From contig CAXXDQ010000004.1 in NCBI GenBank assembly GCA_963664325.2, forward strand, positions 384,001 through 448,000: a stretch of 64,000 nucleotides of DNA, given 5' to 3'. Source of the DNA: Desulfomonilia bacterium (GTDB taxonomy: Bacteria > Desulfobacterota > Desulfomonilia > UBA1062). A program made the translations under genes and the position numbers. Of the stretch, positions 19,692 through 33,885 are shown one piece after another. Under the pieces are notes generated by a model. It was not told the DNA's origin. It did not search any database and worked only from the letters and a program-made list of their open reading frames with translations. Numbering within the stretch: the first letter of the stretch is position 1; each line of letters starts with the position of its first letter.

Positions 19692-20446
19692 AATTTCAAG
19701 AGCTGTAAAAAGGTTTCGTGTATTATTTTATTGCTGGCTGCAATGTTTCCTTTATTCAGGTCAAAGGCCTTTCCATCCATACAGGTAGCCCTGCCCCCAG
19801 CTTCTTCGAGTATCAAAACCCCAGCTGCCATATCCCAAGGTTTCAGTTCCATTTCCCAAAATGCATCAAATCTACCGCATGCAACAAAACAAAGGTCAAG
19901 AGCTGCCGATCCGAATCTTCTTATACCCTGAACCTCTTTAATAATATTAAAAAAACGTTTTACTATTTTTTTTATATTATTGCTTTTATAAGGAAATCCT
20001 GTAGCCACAAGGGCATTAACAAGATTCCCTGTCGCTGAAACATTTATTCTTTTTCCGTTAAGAAAAGATCCCTTTCCTTTTTCGGCATAATAAATTTCTT
20101 GGGTTACAGGATTAAAACATACACCAATCAATGGTGTAGCTTCTTTATAAAGGGCTATTGATACACAAAACATTGGCACACCATGTACAAAATTGGTTGT
20201 ACCATCAATCGGATCAATATACCATGCAAAGCCTTCTTTTCCTGATTTATCATATCCTTCCTCAGCTATGATTGCATGGTCTGGAAATCGTTTTTCTATG
20301 CTCTCGATTATTATTTTCTGGGAAGCTTTATCTGCATGAGTAACAAGATCAATACGGCTTTTATGTTCAATGAAAAGGTCCGTGCCTGTTTGGCTTAGTA
20401 AATATGTCCCAGCCTGTTGAGAGATATCGATTACAAAATCGAGCAT
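19688..20446 (-). CDS. suhB: Inositol monophosphatase family protein
   Basis: W.IDPIDGTTNF, GSAALD, WD.AAG. Confidence 0.92.
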   Translation of the reverse strand: MLDFVIDISQQAGTYLLSQTGTDLFIEHKSRIDLVTHADKASQKIIIESIEKRFPDHAIIAEEGYDKSGKEGFAWYIDPIDGTTNFVHGVPMFCVSIALYKEATPLIGVCFNPVTQEIYYAEKGKGSFLNGKRINVSATGNLVNALVATGFPYKSNNIKKIVKRFFNIIKEVQGIRRFGSAALDLCFVACGRFDAFWEMELKPWDMAAGVLILEEAGGRATCMDGKAFDLNKGNIAASNKIIHETFLQLLKL

Positions 20447-20491
20447 ATAACCTCTTGCTAAATCATAATTAATTGATATAGCATAAAAGAC

Positions 20492-21001
20492 ATGGAAAAG
20501 GTTTACAAGATAAAAAATAGCTTAAGAATACCTATGGGAATTGCAATTATCCTTTCAATTCCCGTTTTCTATGACGTGTTTAATAAAGGGCTTGCTAAAC
20601 AACATGTTTTTATTGTTGGGATACTGGTTTTTGTTTTTATTGTTTTTGCTGCTAACAACCTGTTAAGGAAAATAACTATTTTTAATGACAGGATAATTAT
20701 ATTTAGCATTGCGGGAAAGAGAGTTGTTCCCTTTAATGAAGTAACATCTGTTGATGGCATTTCTTTGGGCAGAAGACAATACATAACAATAGCTCATAAA
20801 AACAGGAACCTTCTTATTCCAAACAGCTTTTATGATTTCTCAAAAATATTATCGACGATCAAAAGAGCTGTGCAAGAGGATATTATTGGGCAAGGCCTTA
20901 TTGACATTGAAACCTTCCCCCTTTTTCGTGCCGGTGATACAATAGCCGCATGGATTACGGTCATACTTCTGGCAGGAATATTGATAGCTCGGATGATCTG
21001 A
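20492..21001 (+). CDS. Hypothetical membrane protein (about 3 TM segments, possible bacterial PH-like domain)
   Basis: Three hydrophobic segments; fills the gap between suhB and parS. Confidence 0.65.
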   Translation: MEKVYKIKNSLRIPMGIAIILSIPVFYDVFNKGLAKQHVFIVGILVFVFIVFAANNLLRKITIFNDRIIIFSIAGKRVVPFNEVTSVDGISLGRRQYITIAHKNRNLLIPNSFYDFSKILSTIKRAVQEDIIGQGLIDIETFPLFRAGDTIAAWITVILLAGILIARMI

Positions 21002-21057
21002 TTCTATTTTCATCTTAAAAGCTCTTTATGTAAGCCCAAACAACGGGTTCTTCAAAA

Positions 21058-21073
21058 TGTTTCACGTGAAACT
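21058..21073. promoter_or_regulatory. parS: parS centromere-like site
   Basis: TGTTTCACGTGAAACT matches the consensus TGTTTCACGTGAAACA at 15/16; 42 bp upstream of parA. Confidence 0.92.
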
Positions 21074-21115
21074 TTTTGATTTGTTATCTATAATTTTTAT
21101 GTTAATTCCTTTTTT

Positions 21116-21886
21116 GTGACTGCAAAAATAATTAGTATTTCTAATCAAAAAGGCGGGGTTGGAAAAACGACCACTGCCGTTAATCTGAGTGCTTCTTTAT
21201 CCTTGCTTGGGCGACGAGTTTTGCTTATTGATTTTGATCCACAGTCCAACGCCTCTTCTGGTTTGGGTATAGTTTTGGGCGATAGCGAGAAGCATATTTA
21301 TCATTCCCTGATTGGAGCTTGTTCTTTACTGGATATTATAAGGGAAACCCGAATAAGAAATCTTTTCCTTGCCCCCAGTAACAGCAGTCTTATCGGCTCA
21401 GAAATAGAACTTATGTCCATGAGTTCATGGGAGACTATTCTTTCTAATACTTTAAAAAACCAGGTTGCAAATTACGAATATATTATTATCGATTGTCCTC
21501 CTTCGCTTGGATTATTAACTTTAAATGCCCTGACTGCCTCCCATTCTCTTCTTATCCCAGTCCAGTGTGAGTATTTTGCCCTAGAAGGGTTAAAGAACCT
21601 TCTTGGAACCTTTGACCTTGTTCGGCAGCGGTTGAATCCATCTATAAATATAGAAGGGTTTTTACTCACAATGTTTGATTCCCGTACAAGGTTAAGTCAT
21701 GATATTTCTGAAAATGTTCGTTTGCATTTTGGTTCCAAGGTTTTCAATACCGTAATACCTAGAAATATAAAACTTTGTGAGGCGCCAAGTTATGGTCTTC
21801 CCATCTGCCTTTATGATGTTTCTTCGAAAGGCGCCCAACATTATCTTATGCTGGCAAGAGAAATCAATGAGAGGTACAATTCATGA
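21116..21886 (+). CDS. parA: Chromosome partitioning ATPase ParA/Soj
   Basis: NQKGGVGKTT deviant Walker A, DPQ.N, IDCPPSLG, PVQCEY.ALEG. Confidence 0.96.
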   Translation: MTAKIISISNQKGGVGKTTTAVNLSASLSLLGRRVLLIDFDPQSNASSGLGIVLGDSEKHIYHSLIGACSLLDIIRETRIRNLFLAPSNSSLIGSEIELMSMSSWETILSNTLKNQVANYEYIIIDCPPSLGLLTLNALTASHSLLIPVQCEYFALEGLKNLLGTFDLVRQRLNPSINIEGFLLTMFDSRTRLSHDISENVRLHFGSKVFNTVIPRNIKLCEAPSYGLPICLYDVSSKGAQHYLMLAREINERYNS

Positions 21887-22734
21887 AATCAAAACAACGT
21901 TTGGGCCGTGGAATAGATGCCTTATTTAGTAATACGGCTGTATCAACAAACATGGGTATTGTTGATCTACCCGTTAGTGATATTTTACCTAATCCAACCC
22001 AGCCTCGAAAAATTATTGATGATGACAAAATAGCTGAACTTTCGGAGTCAATAAAAAAGAACGGCTTGATCTCTCCAATTCTTGTAAGAAGAAATAATTC
22101 TAAATTTGAAATAATAGCGGGAGAAAGGAGATTCCGGGCAGCTGTTTTAGGGGGTATCAAAAAAATACCTTCAATTATTCGTGATGTTTCTGATGGTGAC
22201 TCTTTCCGGTTGTCAATAGTTGAAAATGTCCAGCGGGAAGACCTTAATCCAATGGAAGAAGCTGAGGCTTACTATACCCTGAACAAGTACTTCCATCAGA
22301 CCCATAATGATATCGCTGTGGCTGTTTCAAAAGATCGTTCTACCATATCTAATTCTCTAAGACTAATATCTCTTCCCGAGGTCGTGAAAGAATCTTTAAG
22401 GGCAGGAGAAATCACAACTGGTCACGCAAGGGCGATCCTTATGCTCGAAAGTTTTAACGAACAAATATCACTCCATAAAACTGTTGTCTCAAAAAAACTT
22501 AGCGTTCGAGAAACAGAGAAGCTGGCATCAAAAAATATTAGAAAAAAAGCCTCTCCCAAAAAAGGGGTTTCTTCAGATCTTGAGCGGTTATCTCATATTC
22601 TCTCTGAGAAACTTTCAACCAGGGTCATTTGTTCTTGGTCAAAGAAAAAGGGGAAGATTCTCATTGAGGTTCATTCAAGGGAAGATTTCGGAAGGATCGC
22701 TTCTTTGTTGTCTCTAAAGGAAACTCCAATATGA
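21883..22734 (+). CDS. parB: Chromosome partitioning protein ParB
   Basis: LGRG..AL, PNP.QPR, IAGERRFRA, ENVQREDL, HTH. Confidence 0.96.
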   Translation: MKSKQRLGRGIDALFSNTAVSTNMGIVDLPVSDILPNPTQPRKIIDDDKIAELSESIKKNGLISPILVRRNNSKFEIIAGERRFRAAVLGGIKKIPSIIRDVSDGDSFRLSIVENVQREDLNPMEEAEAYYTLNKYFHQTHNDIAVAVSKDRSTISNSLRLISLPEVVKESLRAGEITTGHARAILMLESFNEQISLHKTVVSKKLSVRETEKLASKNIRKKASPKKGVSSDLERLSHILSEKLSTRVICSWSKKKGKILIEVHSREDFGRIASLLSLKETPI

Positions 22735-22904
22735 GAATAAACATTTTATCAACAAATAAACAATTAGAGTTAATTTACAAATGTTTTTATATTTTTTTTC
22801 ATTGTTCGTTTTCATTAAAGTTAAGGCAAAATGATGGTTTGTATGCGATCTTGACATATCGACATTGGTATTCTTATTTTCTATATAAATAAGGAGAATC
22901 TATT

Positions 22905-26419
<3,515 letters not shown>

Positions 26420-26442
26420 TTTGCATGACAGGGGATAACTAG

Positions 26443-28878
26443 ATGCCGATAAATAATATAGCCATAGATCAGGAGATGCGAAAATCCTACCTTGATTACG
26501 CGATGAGCGTAATCATAGGGAGGGCAATACCCGATGTGAGGGACGGACTGAAGCCGGTTCACAGACGGATCCTTTTTGCCATGCATGAAGCCGGCAATAC
26601 CCACAACAAGGCATATAAAAAATCAGCACGCATTGTAGGTGATGTCATTGGTAAATACCATCCACATGGCGACCAGGCTGTTTATGACTCCATCGTGCGC
26701 ATGGCGCAAACGTTTTCATTGAGATACATGCTGGTTGACGGGCAGGGCAATTTCGGGTCAGTCGACGGTGACCCTCCTGCGGCTATGCGATATACGGAAA
26801 TCCGCATGTCCAGAATAGCCGATGAGATGCTTTCAGACATCGAGAAGGAAACAGTGGATTTCAATCCGAATTATGATGAAAGCCTTTTTGAACCCCAGGT
26901 CCTTCCTGCAAAAATTCCCGCACTTTTGCTTAACGGATCATCCGGTATTGCTGTTGGAATGGCTACCAGCATCCCGCCTCATAACCTTGGAGAACTGATA
27001 AACGCACTAATAACCGTAATCGACAAGCCGTCAACCACTGTCCTCGATGTAATGAAAATTGTGCCAGGGCCGGATTTTCCCACAGGAGGCATAGTTTATG
27101 CCGGCAATGAGCTTGATAAGAGCTATGCAACTGGCCGGGGTGTAATTACGATCCGTGGTAAAGTTCACATAGAGGAAGAAAAAGGAGGAAAGGAAAAATT
27201 AATAATTGACGAACTTCCGTATACGGTAAACAAGGCCGAACTGATTGAAAAGATAGCCATTCTGGCCCAGGAAAAAAAGATTGAAGACCTCGCGGCTGTC
27301 AGGGATGAAAGCGACAAGGACGGTATGAGGGTAGTCATTGAACTGAAAAAAGGCGCTCAGGCCGGAGTAATAGAAAACCTTTTATACAAGCTCACAAACC
27401 TTCAAACGTCGTTTTCCATGAACTTCCTTTCCATCCACAACAACCGCCCGCGAGTAATGAACCTGCTTGAGCTTCTCTGCGCATTCCTTGATTTCAGGGA
27501 AGAGGTTGTAACAAGGCGTTCCCAATTCGAACTCACAAAGGCAAAGGCAAGGGTTCATATACTGGAAGGTCTCCTCAAAGCCCTTGATCACATTGATGAA
27601 ATTGTAGCACTTATCAAGGCCTCGGCAACGCCAAAGGATGCCCAGGAAGGGTTGATGAAGACGTTCGCTTTCTCGGAACTTCAGGCTCAGGCAATCCTGG
27701 ACATGCGTCTCCAGAGGCTCACGGGACTGGAAAGAGAAAAGCTGGCGGATGAACATGCATCATTACTCAAAGAAATAGCACGTCTTGAAAAAATCCTATC
27801 TGACAGAAATGAGCTGTTAAGTGTTATCAGGGGAGAGCTTGTAGAGATTAAAAACAAGTATGCTGATCCACGAAGAACGGAGATCGTATACGGTGAACTT
27901 GGCGACTTCAACCTTGTTGACCTGATACCCGATGAGAAAATGGTGGTTACCATAACGCGCAGGGGATATATCAAGAGAAGCGAGCTTGACAAATACCGCA
28001 CCCAGAACAGGGGAGGAGTGGGAGTCAGGGCCGGAACAACTGGAGAAGACGATTTTATCGAACATGTCTTTACCGCGAACAACCATGCTTCAATCCTTTA
28101 TTTTACCAACAAAGGACGCGTTTACCATACAAGAGTCTATGAAATCCCGGAGAGGGACAGAGCCCTTAAGGGTGTTCCTTTAAACAATATCAGGCCGATT
28201 CACAAGGATGAAAGAATTTGTGCGGTGCTTGTGGCGCCAGACATAACCATGACCGCCAATGTCATAATGGTGACCGCCAAGGCTAATTGCAAGAGGGTGA
28301 ATCTCAAAGATTTCAGCAGCATACAAAAAACCGGGATAATCGCATGTACGCTTGATGCGGGGGATGAAGTTATTTCAGCAAAGCTTACCTATGGCAACTC
28401 AAACGTGGTTGTTGCATCGAGTGCAGGCAAGGCGATAGTATTTCCTGAAAACGATGTAAGGGTCATGGGCCGGCAGGCACAGGGGGTAAGAGCCATAAGA
28501 CTTGATGAAAATGAAACTGTTGTCGGCATGGACGTGGTTCACGCCGAAGATGAATATGTTATTAATCTTACAACCAACGGGTATGGCAAAAAGACATCGG
28601 TAGGGAAATATCCTGTACAGGCAAGGGCCGGTAAAGGCGTACTCACTGTAGAGATCACAGAAAAGACGGGAGCCCTTGTTGGTGTTAGAGTCGTAAGGGC
28701 AACAGATGAGCTTATCGTGATTTCATCTTCGGGACAGATTATAAGGGTACCTGTGTCGCAGATAAGGAAAACTGGAAGAAAAGCGCAAGGAGTAAAAACC
28801 ATCAGCCTCAAGGATGACGAAAAAATTATGGATTTCACACTTTATGTTGAGGATGAACCGGCTGAATCAGTTAATTGA
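26443..28878 (+). CDS. gyrA: DNA gyrase subunit A
   Basis: YHPHGD, AAMRYTE catalytic Tyr, GyrA box QNRGGVG. Confidence 0.97.
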   Translation: MPINNIAIDQEMRKSYLDYAMSVIIGRAIPDVRDGLKPVHRRILFAMHEAGNTHNKAYKKSARIVGDVIGKYHPHGDQAVYDSIVRMAQTFSLRYMLVDGQGNFGSVDGDPPAAMRYTEIRMSRIADEMLSDIEKETVDFNPNYDESLFEPQVLPAKIPALLLNGSSGIAVGMATSIPPHNLGELINALITVIDKPSTTVLDVMKIVPGPDFPTGGIVYAGNELDKSYATGRGVITIRGKVHIEEEKGGKEKLIIDELPYTVNKAELIEKIAILAQEKKIEDLAAVRDESDKDGMRVVIELKKGAQAGVIENLLYKLTNLQTSFSMNFLSIHNNRPRVMNLLELLCAFLDFREEVVTRRSQFELTKAKARVHILEGLLKALDHIDEIVALIKASATPKDAQEGLMKTFAFSELQAQAILDMRLQRLTGLEREKLADEHASLLKEIARLEKILSDRNELLSVIRGELVEIKNKYADPRRTEIVYGELGDFNLVDLIPDEKMVVTITRRGYIKRSELDKYRTQNRGGVGVRAGTTGEDDFIEHVFTANNHASILYFTNKGRVYHTRVYEIPERDRALKGVPLNNIRPIHKDERICAVLVAPDITMTANVIMVTAKANCKRVNLKDFSSIQKTGIIACTLDAGDEVISAKLTYGNSNVVVASSAGKAIVFPENDVRVMGRQAQGVRAIRLDENETVVGMDVVHAEDEYVINLTTNGYGKKTSVGKYPVQARAGKGVLTVEITEKTGALVGVRVVRATDELIVISSSGQIIRVPVSQIRKTGRKAQGVKTISLKDDEKIMDFTLYVEDEPAESVN

Positions 28879-28892
28879 TGGGCGCCATTAAG

Positions 28893-29032
28893 CGCCCCTC
28901 AAGTTTAAACGACCAGGGCTTTTTCAAGGACAATCGTTTTTGTAAGGGCTTTCTCCCAGAGCAGTTGCTGTTGGAGAGGCCGACATAATGGATATATCTT
29001 GCTCTGGCGACTGGTCGCCGAATACTAAGGCG
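28893..29032 (-). ncRNA. Candidate structured ncRNA (6S RNA-like rod)
   Basis: Minus strand pairs end to end (GGCGACCAG with CTGGTCGTT; CGCC with GGCG), with an apical GGC/TCTCC...GGAGA/GCC stem and an unpaired AT-rich central bubble. Confidence 0.45.
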
Positions 29033-29040
29033 ATCCTTTT

Positions 29041-29511
29041 TCAGAGTTCAATAACTTCAGCCTTTCCTGTATCGGTTTCAATTATCACAAAAGATCTGAC
29101 ATTAACCAATGCCCCTGAAACCGTGCCAGGATTGATTATTTTCATCGGCGTTCTCTCGTCAATTGTAAGTTTATGCGTATGTCCGAATATCAGGATATCC
29201 ACCCTGTCCGGGTCGATATATTCATTTATAAACGGTTCATGAAAAACAACGATGCTGGTTCCTTCGGCGTCGATGTGCCTTGGTGCAGGTTTGATGTCCA
29301 CAATCTGTGCAAGGTGAATTTTGTCACCATCATTATTTCCGAAGACACAGAGTGCAGGTATGAGCGAGTCCTTAACAAGCCTTGCCGTGAAAGGGGAACA
29401 AAGATCTCCCGCATGTATGAGCATCCGGCATCCTTTAGCCCTTGCAATCTCCAGAGCTTTTCCTGTCGCAATAAGATCATCATGCGTATCGGACAGTATT
29501 GCAATCTTCAT
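29041..29511 (-). CDS. YfcE-family metallophosphoesterase
   Basis: SDTH, HAGD, GNND, GHTH, INPG. Confidence 0.9.
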   Translation of the reverse strand: MKIAILSDTHDDLIATGKALEIARAKGCRMLIHAGDLCSPFTARLVKDSLIPALCVFGNNDGDKIHLAQIVDIKPAPRHIDAEGTSIVVFHEPFINEYIDPDRVDILIFGHTHKLTIDERTPMKIINPGTVSGALVNVRSFVIIETDTGKAEVIEL

Positions 29512-29514
29512 GGA

Positions 29515-30723
29515 TTATGCACCATATTTTGTCAGCTTTTCAGCGTGGGCCATTGCAAGAGGCATAATATCGACATGCCTGATGTGGCCGAGCCCTCCTG
29601 CCTGACAGGCACGTTCTCCAAAGGAGGTGCAGGCATCGGTTAAAATATTGTTGGCATAAACCAGAATCGGGAGTTCATGCCACGAATGTGATTTCATCAC
29701 GGCAGGAGTGGAATGATCACCTGTGACAATGAAAACATCCGGCTTTAGATTGAGAATTTCCGGAAAAAGGCTGTCGGTATGTTCTATAACCTTTTTCTTT
29801 GCATCAAAGTCGCCGTCCTCGCCGGAAGAATCGGTTTTTTTGACATGGAAAAAGAAAAAGTCATGTTCCGTCCAGTTTCTTTTTAATGCCTCAACTTCAT
29901 CTTCAAGTGTATTGCAACCATCGATTATTTTCATACCGACAAGCTTTGCCAGGCCTTTGTACATGGGATAAGTGGCTATGGCGCAGGCATTCAATCCATA
30001 TATATCTTTAAAAACAGGCAACCCCGGGTCCTTTGCAATACCCCTGAGTGTACATCCGTTAGCCCTGGGCTCATCTTTAAGGATTTCAAAGGCCTTGGCG
30101 AGCCATTGGTTGAGCAGCCTCGCACTTTTTTCTGCGGCAGGAGCAAGTGCGGTCACGGAGAGAGGTTTTAATCCCACCTTTTGAGGATCGGTTTCGGTAA
30201 GTCCCTCTTCCAGGCCGGCACCATCAAAGACCAGGGCAAACCTGTGGTCCCTGACAGGCTTTACTATTACATCGGTGTCTTCCAGTTTTTTTACTACAGA
30301 GAGCTTCTCAACCAATCTTTCGCATTCAAAGGTCGGTATACGCCCTGCCCTGCGGTCGGTTATTGTGCCGTTTGAGGGTTCGATTGTACAGAAATTGCCT
30401 CTTGTCGCCAGACTTGTCGGTGTCAGATGTAATCCTATTCCGAGGGCCTCGAGTACACCCCGGCCGATATTGTAGGTAAGTGGGTCATATCCAAAAAGTC
30501 CCAGGTGTCCAGGTCCGCTTCCTGGAGTAATGCCGGGAGCTATCGCAGTCGAAAGCCCCAGAATGGATTTTTTTGCCAGTTCATCAAGGTTAGGCGTTGA
30601 TGCAGCCTCCAGCTCGGTTTTTCCGGCATCGTTCGGAAGACCGCCGAGTCCGTCCATTACAAGCAGGACAATTTTTTTATCCGAAGATACATGAAGCGTC
30701 TTCATTAAATCGAGCTGGTTCAT
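29515..30723 (-). CDS. apgM: 2,3-bisphosphoglycerate-independent phosphoglycerate mutase (ApgM type)
   Basis: MDGLGG, TPNLD, PGSGPGHL, DRRAGRI, TGDHSTP; AGGAGG before ATG 30723. Confidence 0.9.
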   Translation of the reverse strand: MNQLDLMKTLHVSSDKKIVLLVMDGLGGLPNDAGKTELEAASTPNLDELAKKSILGLSTAIAPGITPGSGPGHLGLFGYDPLTYNIGRGVLEALGIGLHLTPTSLATRGNFCTIEPSNGTITDRRAGRIPTFECERLVEKLSVVKKLEDTDVIVKPVRDHRFALVFDGAGLEEGLTETDPQKVGLKPLSVTALAPAAEKSARLLNQWLAKAFEILKDEPRANGCTLRGIAKDPGLPVFKDIYGLNACAIATYPMYKGLAKLVGMKIIDGCNTLEDEVEALKRNWTEHDFFFFHVKKTDSSGEDGDFDAKKKVIEHTDSLFPEILNLKPDVFIVTGDHSTPAVMKSHSWHELPILVYANNILTDACTSFGERACQAGGLGHIRHVDIMPLAMAHAEKLTKYGA

Positions 30724-30808
30724 AATGAAGAACCTCCTATATTTTTGAAAACGGTGTTTTTTCCATATCGGTTCATTAGCATACAATACATAAAAGTCAG
30801 CCTGAAGG

Positions 30809-31756
30809 TCAACTCATGCCTGCAAGAAAGGCTTCATTAATCTGTCTGCGCATATCGTTAAGGCCAGGGCCTCTGATTGTTTTAACGAAATGGTGGCCAA
30901 ACCTGAGGTTTTGAGCAAGCCAGGGCAGGGCCAGTTTAAAGCGTTTGACGGCAACATCCTCTGGAAACCATGTTTCAATGCTGTCGCATAAAGTGAGCAT
31001 AACGTCCTTGATAGCAGGCATACCGTAAATTAAACTTTCTGAGTAAAGCTCTCGGATTTCCCTGAATATCCAGGGCTTGATAATTGCACTTCGTCCTATC
31101 ATTACACCATCACAACCTGTTTCATTAAACATGCGTACAGCATCGGCAGCTGTTTTAACATCACCGTTTCCAATTATGGGAATACCCAACTTATTTTTAA
31201 GACTCGAGATATATTCCCATTTAGCAGGACGCGTTAGTCCGTCCGTTTCTGAACGTGCATGCAGAACCAGGAAATCCGCCCCTGCTGATTCTATCATCCT
31301 GCCGAACTGGAGCAGGTATGGAAGGTCATGTTTCTGGCCGATTCGTATTTTAACTGAAAGCGGCCTGGTGGTAGCTTTTCTGGCAGCAGATATAACCGCT
31401 TCAGCGGCGGTTAGATCTTTCATCATTGCTACACCCCAGCCGTGGCAGGTTATCTTTTTCAAGTAGCAGCCCATATTGATGTCAATTCCCCAAGGGGAAA
31501 AACCATCAAGCCTTTCTACAGAAAGGCGAACTTTTTCGGGATCATTCCCTACAATCTGAATAATTAGATCATCTGTTTTTTTGAATTTAAGGTATTGAGA
31601 AAGAGCCGGATTTTCATGAGGGACCATCCTTGAATTGAGCATTTCCGTGTAAAACAAATTGCACCCGCCAAAGCTGCGGACGAGATCCCTATAAGGTTCA
31701 TGGCTTAAATCGACCATGGGCGCCATGAACAGCGCCCTGTCCGGGATGATGGGCAT
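30809..31756 (-). CDS. tRNA-dihydrouridine synthase family protein
   Basis: APM, DINMGC, SVKIR.G, LHAR, GNGDV, DGVMIGR. Confidence 0.9.
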   Translation of the reverse strand: MPIIPDRALFMAPMVDLSHEPYRDLVRSFGGCNLFYTEMLNSRMVPHENPALSQYLKFKKTDDLIIQIVGNDPEKVRLSVERLDGFSPWGIDINMGCYLKKITCHGWGVAMMKDLTAAEAVISAARKATTRPLSVKIRIGQKHDLPYLLQFGRMIESAGADFLVLHARSETDGLTRPAKWEYISSLKNKLGIPIIGNGDVKTAADAVRMFNETGCDGVMIGRSAIIKPWIFREIRELYSESLIYGMPAIKDVMLTLCDSIETWFPEDVAVKRFKLALPWLAQNLRFGHHFVKTIRGPGLNDMRRQINEAFLAGMS

Positions 31757-31758
31757 TT

Positions 31759-32436
31759 CTATTTTTTCTTAAGTACCACCAGGGCATCAACGGCAATCGG
31801 CGTGTCACCTTTGATGATAAGGGGATTAATGTCGATTTCCGCAATGTCGTCATTTTCGATGCCAATATTCCCCAGATTTACAAGTATTGATGCCAGGAGA
31901 TCCCTGTTTACAGCGGGTTTGCCCCTGAAGGCGTCAAGCAGCTTCTTTGATTTGATTTCATCCATCATCTCAAGGGCATCCTTCTTTTCCAGAGGGGCGA
32001 CTCTGAATGTAACGTCTTTCAGGACCTCGGTAAAGATGCCTCCCAGTCCAAACATAACACACGGACCGAACTGCGGGTCACGGACAAGTCCTGCAACAAG
32101 CTCGCGTTCACCCTTCACCATTTCCTGTACAAGAATGCCTTCAAGTTCACCCCGCCCCCTTTCTTCAAGGGCTTTGTATGCCTTAACAAGCGCTTCGTCA
32201 TCGCCGATGTTGAGTTCAATCATGTTCTTTTCTGTTTTGTGGGCAAGAGTTTTTGAGTGCCCCTTGAGTACGACCGGATACCCGATTTGAGAGGCATGGC
32301 TCTTTGCTTCATCAAGTGTTTTCGCAATCAATTCTTTTGTGACAGGTATTGAATATGAGTGCAAAACCTGTTTAGATTCGTATTCTGTTAAATTTTTGTC
32401 TCCTCTGGCAATAGCTTCTTCTACTGTTTTCATCAT
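31759..32436 (-). CDS. Acyl-CoA synthetase (NDP-forming) beta subunit, ATP-grasp
   Basis: EYESK..L, GYPVVLK, HKTE, DPQFGP..MFGLGG, EIDINP. Confidence 0.9.
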   Translation of the reverse strand: MMKTVEEAIARGDKNLTEYESKQVLHSYSIPVTKELIAKTLDEAKSHASQIGYPVVLKGHSKTLAHKTEKNMIELNIGDDEALVKAYKALEERGRGELEGILVQEMVKGERELVAGLVRDPQFGPCVMFGLGGIFTEVLKDVTFRVAPLEKKDALEMMDEIKSKKLLDAFRGKPAVNRDLLASILVNLGNIGIENDDIAEIDINPLIIKGDTPIAVDALVVLKKK

Positions 32437-32597
32437 GTTACCTCCCGTTCGGGTTGAATTCTATCCATTTAGCAGATTTGATCATATATGAAAATTAGCT
32501 TTTGGTGAATGTCAAAGTTAGGGCCTTTTTTCATATTACTGGTTATTCATCATCAAATGATGTATAAGGAATTCATTACAATTTTAGGAGAAATAAT

Positions 32598-32951
32598 TTG
32601 AAGATTTATGTGGGAAATCTAGCTTACCAGGTAACGGAAGATGATTTAAAGCAGGCCTTTGGGGCGTTTGGACAGGTCGAAACTGCAAATATTATCAAAG
32701 ATAAATATTCGCAGCAGTCAAAAGGATTCGGATTTGTCGAGATGCCTTCAAGCGCAGAGGCCCAAGCATCAATTGCGGGTCTTAACGGACAGGAGCTGAA
32801 AGGAAGGGCGATTAAAGTCAATGAAGCAAAGCCTCGCCCTGAAGGAAGCGGCAGCCGAGGAGGATTTCGTAGTGGAGGAGGAGGCGGCCGGGGATTTGGC
32901 GGCGGCGGAAACCGCAGCAGCGGCGGTGGCGGCGGAGGAAGACGCTACTAA
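32598..32951 (+). CDS. RRM RNA-binding protein with Gly-rich tail
   Basis: RNP2 IYVGNL, RNP1 KGFGFVEM; TTG start after AGGAG. Confidence 0.93.
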   Translation: MKIYVGNLAYQVTEDDLKQAFGAFGQVETANIIKDKYSQQSKGFGFVEMPSSAEAQASIAGLNGQELKGRAIKVNEAKPRPEGSGSRGGFRSGGGGGRGFGGGGNRSSGGGGGGRRY

Positions 32952-33000
32952 TTAATTATTAACAGTTATTGGGGCCGGTCATGAGTTGTCCCAATAATTG

Positions 33001-33060
33001 CCAATGGTCATATTATACCTGCGTGTCTTAAAACAGATTGATTAGAAACCAATGGTCATA
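33001..33060. repeat. 12-bp direct repeat (candidate operator pair)
   Basis: CCAATGGTCATA at 33001-33012 and 33049-33060. Confidence 0.6.
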
Positions 33061-33114
33061 GTAGAAATGTTTTGTTGTCGTTGTATTTCCATTTAAAAAT
33101 AAAGGAGGCAACTG

Positions 33115-33879
33115 ATGGAATATGCAAATGTCATTGTTGAGAGAAAGGGTTATACAGGTATTCTTACCATTAACCATCCTCCTGTTAATGCTATTAATGT
33201 TGCTACACTGGAAGATATAAACAAGGCCCTCAACGAACTTGAAGAAGATAAAAATGTAAGGGTTATTATATTTACCGGTTCAGGCGAGAAGGCTTTCTGT
33301 TCGGGCTTTGACGTAACAGATGCAGGAAGGGCTGATATATCTCTGTATACGGGACAGGGCACATGGACGAGGATTGACAGATTAAGTAAACCAACGATTG
33401 CCGCGATAAACGGTTATGCACTTGGGGGCGGATGCGAATTGGCGCTGGCCTGTCATTTTCGAATCATGTCCGATAACCCTAAAGCCAAAATCGGCCTAAC
33501 CGAACTTAACCTTGGAATTATTCCGGCCTGGGGCGGTACGGTCAGAATGACAAAATTGCTCGGCCGATCGAAGGCCCTTAATCTTATTCTTTTCAGTAAA
33601 AAAATAGAAGCAACAGAGGCCCTTGATGCGGGACTGATCGACAAGATTTCCCCTGACGTGATGAAAGATGCCCTTGAACTTGCCGGATTAATAGCAGAAA
33701 GACCGCCCGTGGCTGTATCATGCGTGCTCAAGGCAATGGACAGCCTTAGTTATAATGGTCTCAATGAAGGACTGAAGCTTGAGCGCGACGGTATAAAAAC
33801 CGTAAGCCGCAGTGCAGATGCAAGAGAAGGGTTTAATGCATTCTTTGAACGCCGGAAACCCGATTTCAAAGGCGAGTGA
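33115..33879 (+). CDS. Enoyl-CoA hydratase/isomerase
   Basis: AFCSGFD, AINGYALGGGCELALAC, ELNLGIIP; both catalytic Glu present. Confidence 0.92.
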   Translation: MEYANVIVERKGYTGILTINHPPVNAINVATLEDINKALNELEEDKNVRVIIFTGSGEKAFCSGFDVTDAGRADISLYTGQGTWTRIDRLSKPTIAAINGYALGGGCELALACHFRIMSDNPKAKIGLTELNLGIIPAWGGTVRMTKLLGRSKALNLILFSKKIEATEALDAGLIDKISPDVMKDALELAGLIAERPPVAVSCVLKAMDSLSYNGLNEGLKLERDGIKTVSRSADAREGFNAFFERRKPDFKGE

Positions 33880-33885
33880 TGCCCA

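Noticed and set aside
32850-32945. GGC/GGA repeats
   Set aside because: Ordinary Gly-rich tail of an RRM protein
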